64,000 bases of DNA from positions 1-64,000 of the IMG/VR virus record IMGVR_UViG_3300033066_001295. The stretch is one strand, 5' to 3'. The stretch's first letter is position 1. Each line of letters opens with the position of its first letter. Source of the DNA: a virus. Lineage: Duplodnaviria > Caudoviricetes. Made by a program: the position numbers and the translations under genes. Of the stretch, positions 37,150 through 45,139 are shown in pieces. The notes under the pieces were generated by a model. It saw nothing but the letters and a program-made list of their open reading frames with translations. It was not told the DNA's origin and searched no databases.

Positions 37150-37890
37150 CTAGTTCAATCCAGAACAGTACCTGAACAATTCAGATAGCTCGAACTCGAC
37201 ACTGGTCTCAGCCGCCCTCACTTTGCCATTCTCACAGCAAAACTCAGCAAAAGCGTTCTCATATTTTTCAATGTCAGTGCCGATTCCACCACGGTAAGCT
37301 GACAGAAGTGGCACAAGAGAGTAAGGGGTCAAACCCTTGCAAAAATCCTCAACTGGGGGGTATCCAAAAAGATCAAGCGTCTTGGCTTCCTGTGGTTTCA
37401 CACTGTTATCAATGAGGGCATTGACAACATGTATAACTTGAAGTTTGTCGATAGGAGTTTGAAATTTGTCAATAAGCTCCTTGTAGCTGCTGATGCCGCC
37501 TCTCAGATACTTCGTGAGACGGTCCATTGTAGCCATGTTAGGCTGAATGAGCTTGTGCTTCCATACCATCATCAAGTTGGTTGGTATGTTCAATTCCCAA
37601 TGACGCAGACCAAGACCTGTATAGAAGGTTACATCAATCCTGCTTCCACCGCGAAAGGCCATTGGGTAGATTGAAATAATGTCAGTTGACCTGTCATAGC
37701 GTGACATGGTGCTTGACCCACGCTCAAAGTTTTCGACAAAACGGATGCCCTTCAAACCCACATAGCTTTTTTTCAAACCAAGTGAGTCAATCCTTGCAAA
37801 CATAGCTGGGAGAGCCTCAGCCATGGAGGTCATCCGGCGCATGAAGTTTGGACTCTGACCGATGTACGTAGGTGTTATTGGAAGGGACAT
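37150..37890 (-). CDS. hypothetical protein
   Basis: 246 aa ORF in the late minus-strand run. Confidence 0.65.
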   Translation of the reverse strand: MSLPITPTYIGQSPNFMRRMTSMAEALPAMFARIDSLGLKKSYVGLKGIRFVENFERGSSTMSRYDRSTDIISIYPMAFRGGSRIDVTFYTGLGLRHWELNIPTNLMMVWKHKLIQPNMATMDRLTKYLRGGISSYKELIDKFQTPIDKLQVIHVVNALIDNSVKPQEAKTLDLFGYPPVEDFCKGLTPYSLVPLLSAYRGGIGTDIEKYENAFAEFCCENGKVRAAETSVEFELSELFRYCSGLN

Positions 37891-38342
37891 TATGAGTTGC
37901 TAAGTTTAGAGTATGTTGAAGGTTCAGCCTTCCAAGGGCCAACATAACCGGGGTAACTAGGCCCCCAAAAAGTGTTCTCGTGCTCGCGTTCAACCGCTCC
38001 CGGCTGCTCATGATGGTGGACATCCTGATGTGGCATCTCCTCCAGAGAGTCCCGGATTCTGGACATAAGGGCTGTCATTGGTGTAATAGGGCCATTCCCA
38101 GAAGGGTACTGCTTATGAAGGTCTGGACACCTTTCAGGCGTTAGAGGGGCAAGAAGATCGTACACATCACCAGTTGTAGCTCCAATGGTAGCGAGACGTT
38201 GAAGACCTTTTTGGAATTCAGGCCCATTTAACACCATTTCCTCATACTTTGACACAGTGTTTTGATACTCATCTTCCCAGTCAGTTTTGACCAGTGAAGG
38301 GCTATACCAAGGGCTACCCTCAAAAAGACTCAAGAATTTCAT
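37890..38342 (-). CDS. putative head-packaged protein
   Basis: Starts MKFLSLFEG. Confidence 0.6.
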   Translation of the reverse strand: MKFLSLFEGSPWYSPSLVKTDWEDEYQNTVSKYEEMVLNGPEFQKGLQRLATIGATTGDVYDLLAPLTPERCPDLHKQYPSGNGPITPMTALMSRIRDSLEEMPHQDVHHHEQPGAVEREHENTFWGPSYPGYVGPWKAEPSTYSKLSNS

Positions 38343-38833
38343 ACAGTAGGAGAGGTGTGAAGGCTGCTGGTTGGCTTCGGTGCGGATGAAGTCTGGCCTG
38401 ATGGGCTTTCTGGCCTCTCCTGCGCCTGTTGCCGGGGGTCGATTGGTTTGTTGTCATCAGCCCTCTCGTCACCAATGGAGATGGCTTCAAGGGGAACCTT
38501 CTCTGGTTCAGCTTGAGGGTTGACTGGGTCAACAACATAGACATCATTGCCATCAATCTTCATCACCTGACGCTGCATCATCTGCTTTGTATCGGGATTC
38601 AGGACGCCTATCTGCCTTCCGGGTGCAAGGTCACCAGCAAGTGCTTCAATGAGTTTTGCTGTGCGGGTATTCACCTGAACTGTGCTCAGAATACCCGTGT
38701 TATTGGACCGCAAAAGACCACTGCTAAGTGAACGAGCAATGGCAGTTTTTGATATACCACGGTGAATCAGCACTGACTCAGTGAACTGGCCGTTTAGCTT
38801 GGAGATGGCTCTGAGTTGAGAAAAGAAGTTCAT
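38339..38833 (-). CDS. hypothetical virion-associated protein
   Basis: ATGA-coupled; FTES and LIEA sites. Confidence 0.6.
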   Translation of the reverse strand: MNFFSQLRAISKLNGQFTESVLIHRGISKTAIARSLSSGLLRSNNTGILSTVQVNTRTAKLIEALAGDLAPGRQIGVLNPDTKQMMQRQVMKIDGNDVYVVDPVNPQAEPEKVPLEAISIGDERADDNKPIDPRQQAQERPESPSGQTSSAPKPTSSLHTSPTV

Positions 38834-39429
38834 GCTAGTTTGAGGTCTTTGAGTAGGGCCGATGATGATTGCTGGTCTGGAGGTGGCTGGGCTGCCTGTT
38901 TGGGTGCTCCACCCTCTGGAGGTGCCCCTTCAGGTGCCCCACCTTCTGGGGTAGGTGCCGCTCCACCCTCTGGAGGTGCCCCTTCTGCCCCTTCAGGTGC
39001 TGGAGGCGGCTCAGTGGCTACGTCAATACGGTTCTTGAATGACTTCATGCCAGCCGAAAAGGTTTCCATGTAGGTGGAAACTTCACCGCTAGGAGCGTCC
39101 TTCAGCATCGAATCAATCTTTGAAGTCAAACCGTCAATCTTCTGACGCATTGTCTTGTTATCAGTTGATTCAGCGTCTTCAGCACGGATTTGATTACCTA
39201 GCAGGGCACCTTGCAGGGCTTCCAAGAAGAACTTATCACTGTTGTCACCATCTTCGCTGGACAGGTTTGAGAGCTTGTCTTGAACAAAGTCAACCGCTGG
39301 CTGCCAGATGTCATTGTAGTTTCGGATGATTGTCTCATCAGCTTCGACAAGATGCTTCCGCACCATACGAGATGCATTCCAATCATGTTGAATGGCTTTT
39401 CTGTAATAGGCGTCGAAAGCTTTGCTCAT
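38830..39429 (-). CDS. hypothetical virion-associated protein
   Basis: LVEA site; PEGGAP repeats; TAGTTAT upstream. Confidence 0.65.
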   Translation of the reverse strand: MSKAFDAYYRKAIQHDWNASRMVRKHLVEADETIIRNYNDIWQPAVDFVQDKLSNLSSEDGDNSDKFFLEALQGALLGNQIRAEDAESTDNKTMRQKIDGLTSKIDSMLKDAPSGEVSTYMETFSAGMKSFKNRIDVATEPPPAPEGAEGAPPEGGAAPTPEGGAPEGAPPEGGAPKQAAQPPPDQQSSSALLKDLKLA

Positions 39430-39439
39430 TTCATTATAA

Positions 39440-41353
39440 CTAGGTTGATGAATCCACGGAAGCTCCTGACACCACTTTAGGTGCCACGTTAGGAGCTACT
39501 GGAACAGTATTTTTCTGCTTGTTTGAGACATAGTCTGTAACATCCCTCTGTGTTGTAGCGAGATAGCCAGCCATTGCTGCCAAGTGCTTACAAAGTGACA
39601 GGCTTCTTGTAGGGTTTGTTATGTTCGGAGGCTGATTTGTAGCTTCACCACCCTGACCTGTTGGTGTGTGGCTGGCCCCTTTGTCAGCTAGAACTTTATG
39701 CCACCTGTACTTGAAGTCAGGACATGTGCAAAAGCAATGGACATCAGAGTCTGGCCCTTCTTTTGGCTGTTTCTTTATCAGCCCCTTGATCTTCTGGATC
39801 ATCCTCTTGAGGAAACCGGGAGGAATAAACTTGATATAACCCTTCTGCCTCATCCCTGTCGTGCTCCTGTCAGGCCTCGACTTGAAGTTGTAGTCTATGC
39901 GTGTCAGGCCATCTGTGTCCTGCTTCCAAGTTGGTGGCTTTGTAACAACAAACATGGAGTTCTGAACACGACCTTTTACTCTAGGGTCTGTAACCCATGA
40001 GTTACCAATCTTCACCAGACCACCAATTTTGTAGTTACCGTTCCTCTGGGTGAGGTCCATTAACTTGCGGAAAGTTACCTCCATCAGAAGCTTATCGAGT
40101 TGTGCTTCGGTAAGAACAGCTTCAGTGACAGGTATAGCATACTTAGGGCTTGACCAACCTTTTGTTTTTTCTGAGTGGAAGAGGTCATTCCATTCAGAAA
40201 TAACAGACCTCACCTTGGAAACAAGTGCGGTTTGCTGCTGGATGTACTTGAAGGCTTCAGGCCTGCTTTTCTTGGCTATACCTTCAGCAGTATTTTTTAT
40301 CTGAAGTGTCTTATCAGCCAAGTACTCCTCCACCTGATTGCGCAGGTGAATTTCACCCTCTTTCGTGTAGCTCCCACTTTCCCATGAGGCATTTATGTGG
40401 CTGCGAATTTCATTCACCAGATTAATGGTCATCCAGTGCAAGTCAGCTTGAGCAAACTTGGCTGGATCGTCAAAAATGGTGTGATGGTTGGCAGTTGCAT
40501 GAGTGGCGTTCCCGTCGTCATGATGAGCTTCCCTCCTGCCAGTTGTTATATACCGGCGTAGAATGTCAAAGTGTGTTATAGAGTGGTTTCTGACTAATGC
40601 AGCTACGTCACTAAACTTGAGTGGCACGTTCTTACCACCAACACTTATAACCAAAGTTTGAGGCTTCCTCAACCTGACTGATCCTGAAGGTATCAGGCCT
40701 TTACCGTCAAGCTCACTGATGAATGAGTCCCAGTAAGGAGGTATCTTGTTGCTATAGAGGTGCATTCTACCCTCACTACCAACCTGCATGTAGTAGGCAG
40801 ACCCCATTTTAAGGAAGTTGTCTTCAAGCTCGCTCAGTGCTGAATCAAGCTCTATTGGGTCGCCCTTCTTGAGGATGTAAGCCATATTTTTTGGCATCTT
40901 CTTCCTGAAGGACGAGTTCTTTTTCAGAACTCCCCAAGATGCCATAATAGCAAGTGAAGGCCTCTCGTTTCTTTCCTCACCAGACCTTATACTCTCTTTC
41001 TTCTTACCGACAACAAGTGTATAGACACTCTTGATGGGTATTTTGACATAACTGTTACCCATGGTTATGATCCATGTGCCAATAACATCGTTTTCACCCT
41101 CGGCCTGCTGTGCCGTCTGTTGAGGTATGGGTGGAGGTGTCTGTGGTGCCTGTGCTGGCTCGGGCTGCGCCTCTGGCTGTGACCCCTTCAGAGGAAAGGT
41201 CATATTAGGGGTGATTGGCGTAATCACCTCAACAAGAGTTTGTGCTTCACCAAGGTTCTTGTCCTTGGAAGCAGCTTCGGCTGCCTGACGAAGAAGTTCC
41301 TGCTTCTTGCGCCTTTTAGCAGCCAGACTGTAATACTGTATTAGTGCCCCCAT
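39440..41353 (-). CDS. large protein with C-terminal SWIM-type zinc finger
   Basis: C.C.CPDF.YR....CKHL. Confidence 0.7.
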   Translation of the reverse strand: MGALIQYYSLAAKRRKKQELLRQAAEAASKDKNLGEAQTLVEVITPITPNMTFPLKGSQPEAQPEPAQAPQTPPPIPQQTAQQAEGENDVIGTWIITMGNSYVKIPIKSVYTLVVGKKKESIRSGEERNERPSLAIMASWGVLKKNSSFRKKMPKNMAYILKKGDPIELDSALSELEDNFLKMGSAYYMQVGSEGRMHLYSNKIPPYWDSFISELDGKGLIPSGSVRLRKPQTLVISVGGKNVPLKFSDVAALVRNHSITHFDILRRYITTGRREAHHDDGNATHATANHHTIFDDPAKFAQADLHWMTINLVNEIRSHINASWESGSYTKEGEIHLRNQVEEYLADKTLQIKNTAEGIAKKSRPEAFKYIQQQTALVSKVRSVISEWNDLFHSEKTKGWSSPKYAIPVTEAVLTEAQLDKLLMEVTFRKLMDLTQRNGNYKIGGLVKIGNSWVTDPRVKGRVQNSMFVVTKPPTWKQDTDGLTRIDYNFKSRPDRSTTGMRQKGYIKFIPPGFLKRMIQKIKGLIKKQPKEGPDSDVHCFCTCPDFKYRWHKVLADKGASHTPTGQGGEATNQPPNITNPTRSLSLCKHLAAMAGYLATTQRDVTDYVSNKQKNTVPVAPNVAPKVVSGASVDSST

Positions 41354-42162
41354 CGTTCAGAAAGTTTTAGCGTTTTGAAGCCCTTGCTTAGAACTTCACA
41401 ATCGCCACCCACTTCCTTTTCTTTGGTCAGAGGAGCATAGACAAACATCCAGCAGGACAGGTTTTCCCCAAAATTCCCGTACTCAATGTTAGGCACAGCA
41501 CCCTTCCTGAGAAGAAGGTAGCCAAATTCATCGGCAATACGTTCGATGTACGAGTTGGAGTTTGCAACCACGTCATTGAGTTTATTAGTGCTGTCAAGGT
41601 CGAGGTAGATGAACACACCATCCCTGATGGGTTCGTACTTAACAACGTCTATACCAAACTCTTTTTCGAGACCCTTGATAAACTTGGAGTGATCGACAAT
41701 GTTCTCAATCAAGCTCATACGTACTGACCCTGACATGACTCGAAGAAGCTCTTCAGCCAAACCACCAACTGCCTTCCCCTGCTTTACATTCTCAAGAAGA
41801 GTTGTTGAGTGGAATGCCTGCCTCTCAAGAAGGTCAGAAAGTTTCTTGGTCGGGTTTGCCTTGAAAGCTGAAACACTTTTCTCACAAAACGAAATCCACT
41901 TTCTCAGATGAGGGCTTGTCGTCCTTGAGCAGTGCTTGGCAAGACAAGTTATTGACTCAATGATCCGGTTGGTTTTGTCAGCCCATTCAGCGGCGGCAGC
42001 AGGGTCAGAAACACCTCTGCGTGAATTGCCAGTACGGATGATTGTGGACAGAACATTGGTCTTCTCCTCTTCTGTAAGATTTGGAGAAACAAAGTGTGCC
42101 CACCTTGAGTCCATTATCTCCTCAAGAAGCTTAGATTGAAATTTTTGGAATGGCTTAAACAT
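41341..42162 (-). CDS. hypothetical virion-associated protein
   Basis: TAATG-coupled; several L-x-E sites. Confidence 0.65.
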   Translation of the reverse strand: MFKPFQKFQSKLLEEIMDSRWAHFVSPNLTEEEKTNVLSTIIRTGNSRRGVSDPAAAAEWADKTNRIIESITCLAKHCSRTTSPHLRKWISFCEKSVSAFKANPTKKLSDLLERQAFHSTTLLENVKQGKAVGGLAEELLRVMSGSVRMSLIENIVDHSKFIKGLEKEFGIDVVKYEPIRDGVFIYLDLDSTNKLNDVVANSNSYIERIADEFGYLLLRKGAVPNIEYGNFGENLSCWMFVYAPLTKEKEVGGDCEVLSKGFKTLKLSERWGH

Positions 42163-42446
42163 TAGTACCAATCTGTTTCACAGGTTCCACTTTTTCTCAA
42201 CTCACTTTTGGTCAAACCTGAAAAAGGACCTGTCTTAGGCTGGGTAGCAGCCCTGTTACGTGCCCTAAACAAAGACTTCTTAGCTCTCTCGATCTTAGCT
42301 TGTATTACCTGCTCCCCACTCGACCCTTCTGGGTAGTTCCATACGTCCTGCCTAAGCTTCCTGATCTTTGACTCAGCATCACCGACAGAAACATGAGCCT
42401 CCTTCAGGAGAAGCTCGATTTTTTCATGGAGAGAAAGCCTTCGCAT
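42162..42446 (-). CDS. hypothetical protein
   Basis: 94 aa; LLKEA N-terminal motif. Confidence 0.55.
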   Translation of the reverse strand: MRRLSLHEKIELLLKEAHVSVGDAESKIRKLRQDVWNYPEGSSGEQVIQAKIERAKKSLFRARNRAATQPKTGPFSGLTKSELRKSGTCETDWY

Positions 42447-42448
42447 GG

Positions 42449-42823
42449 TTAGGCAGCTTCAAAGAGTTGAACTTCAGCGGTGTCCACATCAGATGTCTTG
42501 TGGTATGCCACGCTGATAGCTATTGGAGCATCACCATAAGCCGTCATTCTGATATAAGGCTGGGAGGATGAAACTTTGAGCATGTGGACGTTTGTCGGGG
42601 TGATAGCAAAGTCAGTCTCAGTGCTGTCACCAACAGTAAACTCAATATCAGTCCATGTTGAACCATTTGAGCTTTCCTGAAAGGTGTAAAGGACGGTGTT
42701 ACCGCCACTCTCATCCTGATTCTCGATGAAAATTGCATATCCTGCCGGATTTACTCCGAAAATACGGAGAACGGAGGCTTCAGCAACAGGAGCTTGCTTG
42801 TTGAAAGACTTGGCTACGATCAT
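42449..42823 (-). CDS. beta-sandwich structural/decoration protein
   Basis: QESSNGSTWTDI...PYIR pattern; TACATAT 4 nt before ATG. Confidence 0.6.
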   Translation of the reverse strand: MIVAKSFNKQAPVAEASVLRIFGVNPAGYAIFIENQDESGGNTVLYTFQESSNGSTWTDIEFTVGDSTETDFAITPTNVHMLKVSSSQPYIRMTAYGDAPIAISVAYHKTSDVDTAEVQLFEAA

Positions 42824-42839
42824 ATAGATATGTAGTGCT

Positions 42840-43310
42840 CTATGTCGTTGGAGGGAACAACTTTGGAGGCTCAGACACAGAGGTCTGAGTGCTATAGCCA
42901 AACTGGAACCATCTTGCCCTTATCCTGTTTGAACTCAAGATCGCAGGTATGGCATCATGTATGGCCTGAACCCACCTCTGAGTAAGCTCATCAACTGTCT
43001 CACCCTCTTCTTTCTCAGGCAGCACAAAGGTCTGTCTGGAGGTTGATGTGCCATTGTCTGTTCTCACCAAAACAGATGGCCTTGTCCCATATTCAAAACC
43101 TTTTTCCGAGAATGTTATAGAGGCAAAGGAGTTACCAGTGTCATAGATGGCCTCAACCCTGTCGCTCTTCAATTCAGAAAAGTTGTCCTCATTGGCAAAA
43201 GCAAGTTTCACCTTGTCAAACCACTCCGAAAATACTGGGTAGGAGAAGACCCCACTATGGATATACCCAGTGTTCGACTCAAGGGGTATCGTGGAAGTGG
43301 CAAATCCCAT
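42840..43310 (-). CDS. hypothetical protein
   Basis: 156 aa ORF. Confidence 0.6.
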   Translation of the reverse strand: MGFATSTIPLESNTGYIHSGVFSYPVFSEWFDKVKLAFANEDNFSELKSDRVEAIYDTGNSFASITFSEKGFEYGTRPSVLVRTDNGTSTSRQTFVLPEKEEGETVDELTQRWVQAIHDAIPAILSSNRIRARWFQFGYSTQTSVSEPPKLFPPTT

Positions 43311-43316
43311 TAGAGA

Positions 43317-44564
43317 CTACTGGGCTGGTGCTGGCTGGGCTTGAGGGAGAGCTTGAGGTGCTTGAGCTTGGGGGAGAGCTTGTGGGGCCTGAGCTTGAGG
43401 TGCTTGAGCTTTCGCATTTATCTTTGACACAACAGCGTCAGCATTATCGGCCATTGCCTTGCCCATGGAGGCTAGTTTACCGCAAACTGCGTCTGAGAGG
43501 GAATCTGTAAGGTTCTGAATGAACTTTATGCTCTTCAGTGAGTTGCTGAAGATGATTGATACTACCGATCCTGCCAGTGTCTGGCCTATCTCAGTAGCCT
43601 GCATGAGATAGTTGGGCAGTGCTTTTGCCAAAACACCAACTAAGAATCGGCAATCTGTAAACAATTTTGGTAGCTCAAAAACACCAACTTCAGAAAGAGC
43701 TATGGCGATGTACTTGGCAAGGCCATGTGATGGGTCAAGGCCAAGCATTCCAAGAATCTTGGTAGCAACCATCTGCTTCAGTAGCTGAAACCCTCCATGG
43801 GTTACTTTTGAGAACAGGTTACCTAGAACCCCAAACAAACCTTTTCCGGCAGAAATAGCCGTTGGGTTTATACCGGCAGTTTGCATTGCTACATCGCCAA
43901 AACCCTCACAGATTGCCCTAGCTACACCCTCTTCAATAAACTCTGCTGGGACTCCGGCATCTTGCCAGACCTTAACCTGCTCGTAGATGCGGTTAACACT
44001 AGCATAGCTTATGGTTATCTTGCTCTCAGCTAGAGTACGGGCACGCTTGAACATGGGAGCCAAGCTCTCCTGTATCTTAACCACTATCTCAGGTGACTGG
44101 CCTTTGGCAAATGCTTCCAAGCTCTCAACTGAGTACCTAGTCGAGTTTTCAAGAAAGTACTCAGCACTTATGCACTCAGTCTTCTCACTCCTGCTCTTCT
44201 TATCCTTCTCAAAAGCGTCTTTGTTGAGCTTTTTGAGACGGCTTCTCAGAGCACTTGGCGAGAAGCCAATGATCTTGTCACTTTTCAGCATACTCACTAT
44301 CTGAGATGCTGACAGGCTGTTGATGTCTTTGGATGACATTGTTAAGCAGGGATTGCCCTGTCTAGTCGAGTTTTCAAGAAAGTACTCAGCACTTATGCAC
44401 TCAGTCTTCTCACTCCTGCTCTTCTTATCCTTCTCAAAAGCGTCTTTGTTGAGCTTTTTGAGACGGCTTCTCAGAGCACTTGGCGAGAAGCCAATGATCT
44501 TGTCACTTTTCAGCATACTCACTATCTGAGATGCTGACAGGCTGTTGATGTCTTTGGATGACAT
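43317..44564 (-). CDS. hypothetical protein with duplicated N-terminus
   Basis: 415 aa; N-terminus duplicated by a 225 bp repeat; QAPQA C-terminal repeats. Confidence 0.65.
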   Translation of the reverse strand: MSSKDINSLSASQIVSMLKSDKIIGFSPSALRSRLKKLNKDAFEKDKKSRSEKTECISAEYFLENSTRQGNPCLTMSSKDINSLSASQIVSMLKSDKIIGFSPSALRSRLKKLNKDAFEKDKKSRSEKTECISAEYFLENSTRYSVESLEAFAKGQSPEIVVKIQESLAPMFKRARTLAESKITISYASVNRIYEQVKVWQDAGVPAEFIEEGVARAICEGFGDVAMQTAGINPTAISAGKGLFGVLGNLFSKVTHGGFQLLKQMVATKILGMLGLDPSHGLAKYIAIALSEVGVFELPKLFTDCRFLVGVLAKALPNYLMQATEIGQTLAGSVVSIIFSNSLKSIKFIQNLTDSLSDAVCGKLASMGKAMADNADAVVSKINAKAQAPQAQAPQALPQAQAPQALPQAQPAPAQ

Positions 44565-44587
44565 TGTTAAGCAGGGATTGCCCTGTC
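44137..44587. repeat. perfect 225 bp tandem duplication
   Basis: 44137-44361 appears identical to 44362-44586. Confidence 0.95.
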
Positions 44588-45121
44588 AATGGAGATGGTG
44601 AGATTGATTTCAACAGGACTTCCGTCGTCATCCTGACTGAACTCACTGTAGGACAGAGCTTCAGGGAAGCAACCTTCAAGATGCCAGACACGGGCACCGT
44701 CAGAATGACTCACTGCTCCGGGGCAGCTTCCACCACCTGCTCCGGGAGGAAGCAGATAGATGTCACCACTCCTCTTGTATGATGAAGCACGACCGATGGA
44801 ACCGGTATCTTCACACCACACATACTTGCGCCACTCATTCAGGACTTTGAGGACGTTCCTGTCAACAAAGTCGGTGAAGGTGAGGTTGTGCTGCTCAAAC
44901 GGAGCAATAGCACCGGCATAGTGCATCGTCTCATTGAAGTACTTGAGACCTTTCTTCACAATCTTCCAAGCTGGAACATTGGACTTTCTCAAGGACAGAA
45001 CAAGGAGGTCTGAGTCAGAGACACCGTAGAATACAACAGCGAAGTTGCTCTTACGTAGTGGCTCAAAGCCACCACTCTGGTGAAGGAGGCTGTCTCCGGC
45101 AAATGATGAAACAACTGGCAT
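44567..45121 (-). CDS. tail tube protein (gp19-like)
   Basis: FEPLRKSNF, YAG, TF.D, W, YKR, W.LEGCFP; directly after the sheath gene. Confidence 0.88.
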   Translation of the reverse strand: MPVVSSFAGDSLLHQSGGFEPLRKSNFAVVFYGVSDSDLLVLSLRKSNVPAWKIVKKGLKYFNETMHYAGAIAPFEQHNLTFTDFVDRNVLKVLNEWRKYVWCEDTGSIGRASSYKRSGDIYLLPPGAGGGSCPGAVSHSDGARVWHLEGCFPEALSYSEFSQDDDGSPVEINLTISIDRAIPA

Positions 45122-45139
45122 AGTGTGATGTGGTTAGAA

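Noticed and set aside
44137-44587. Diversity-generating retroelement TR/VR pair
   Set aside because: Copies are adjacent and appear identical, with no adenine-specific mismatches; no reverse transcriptase in the window.
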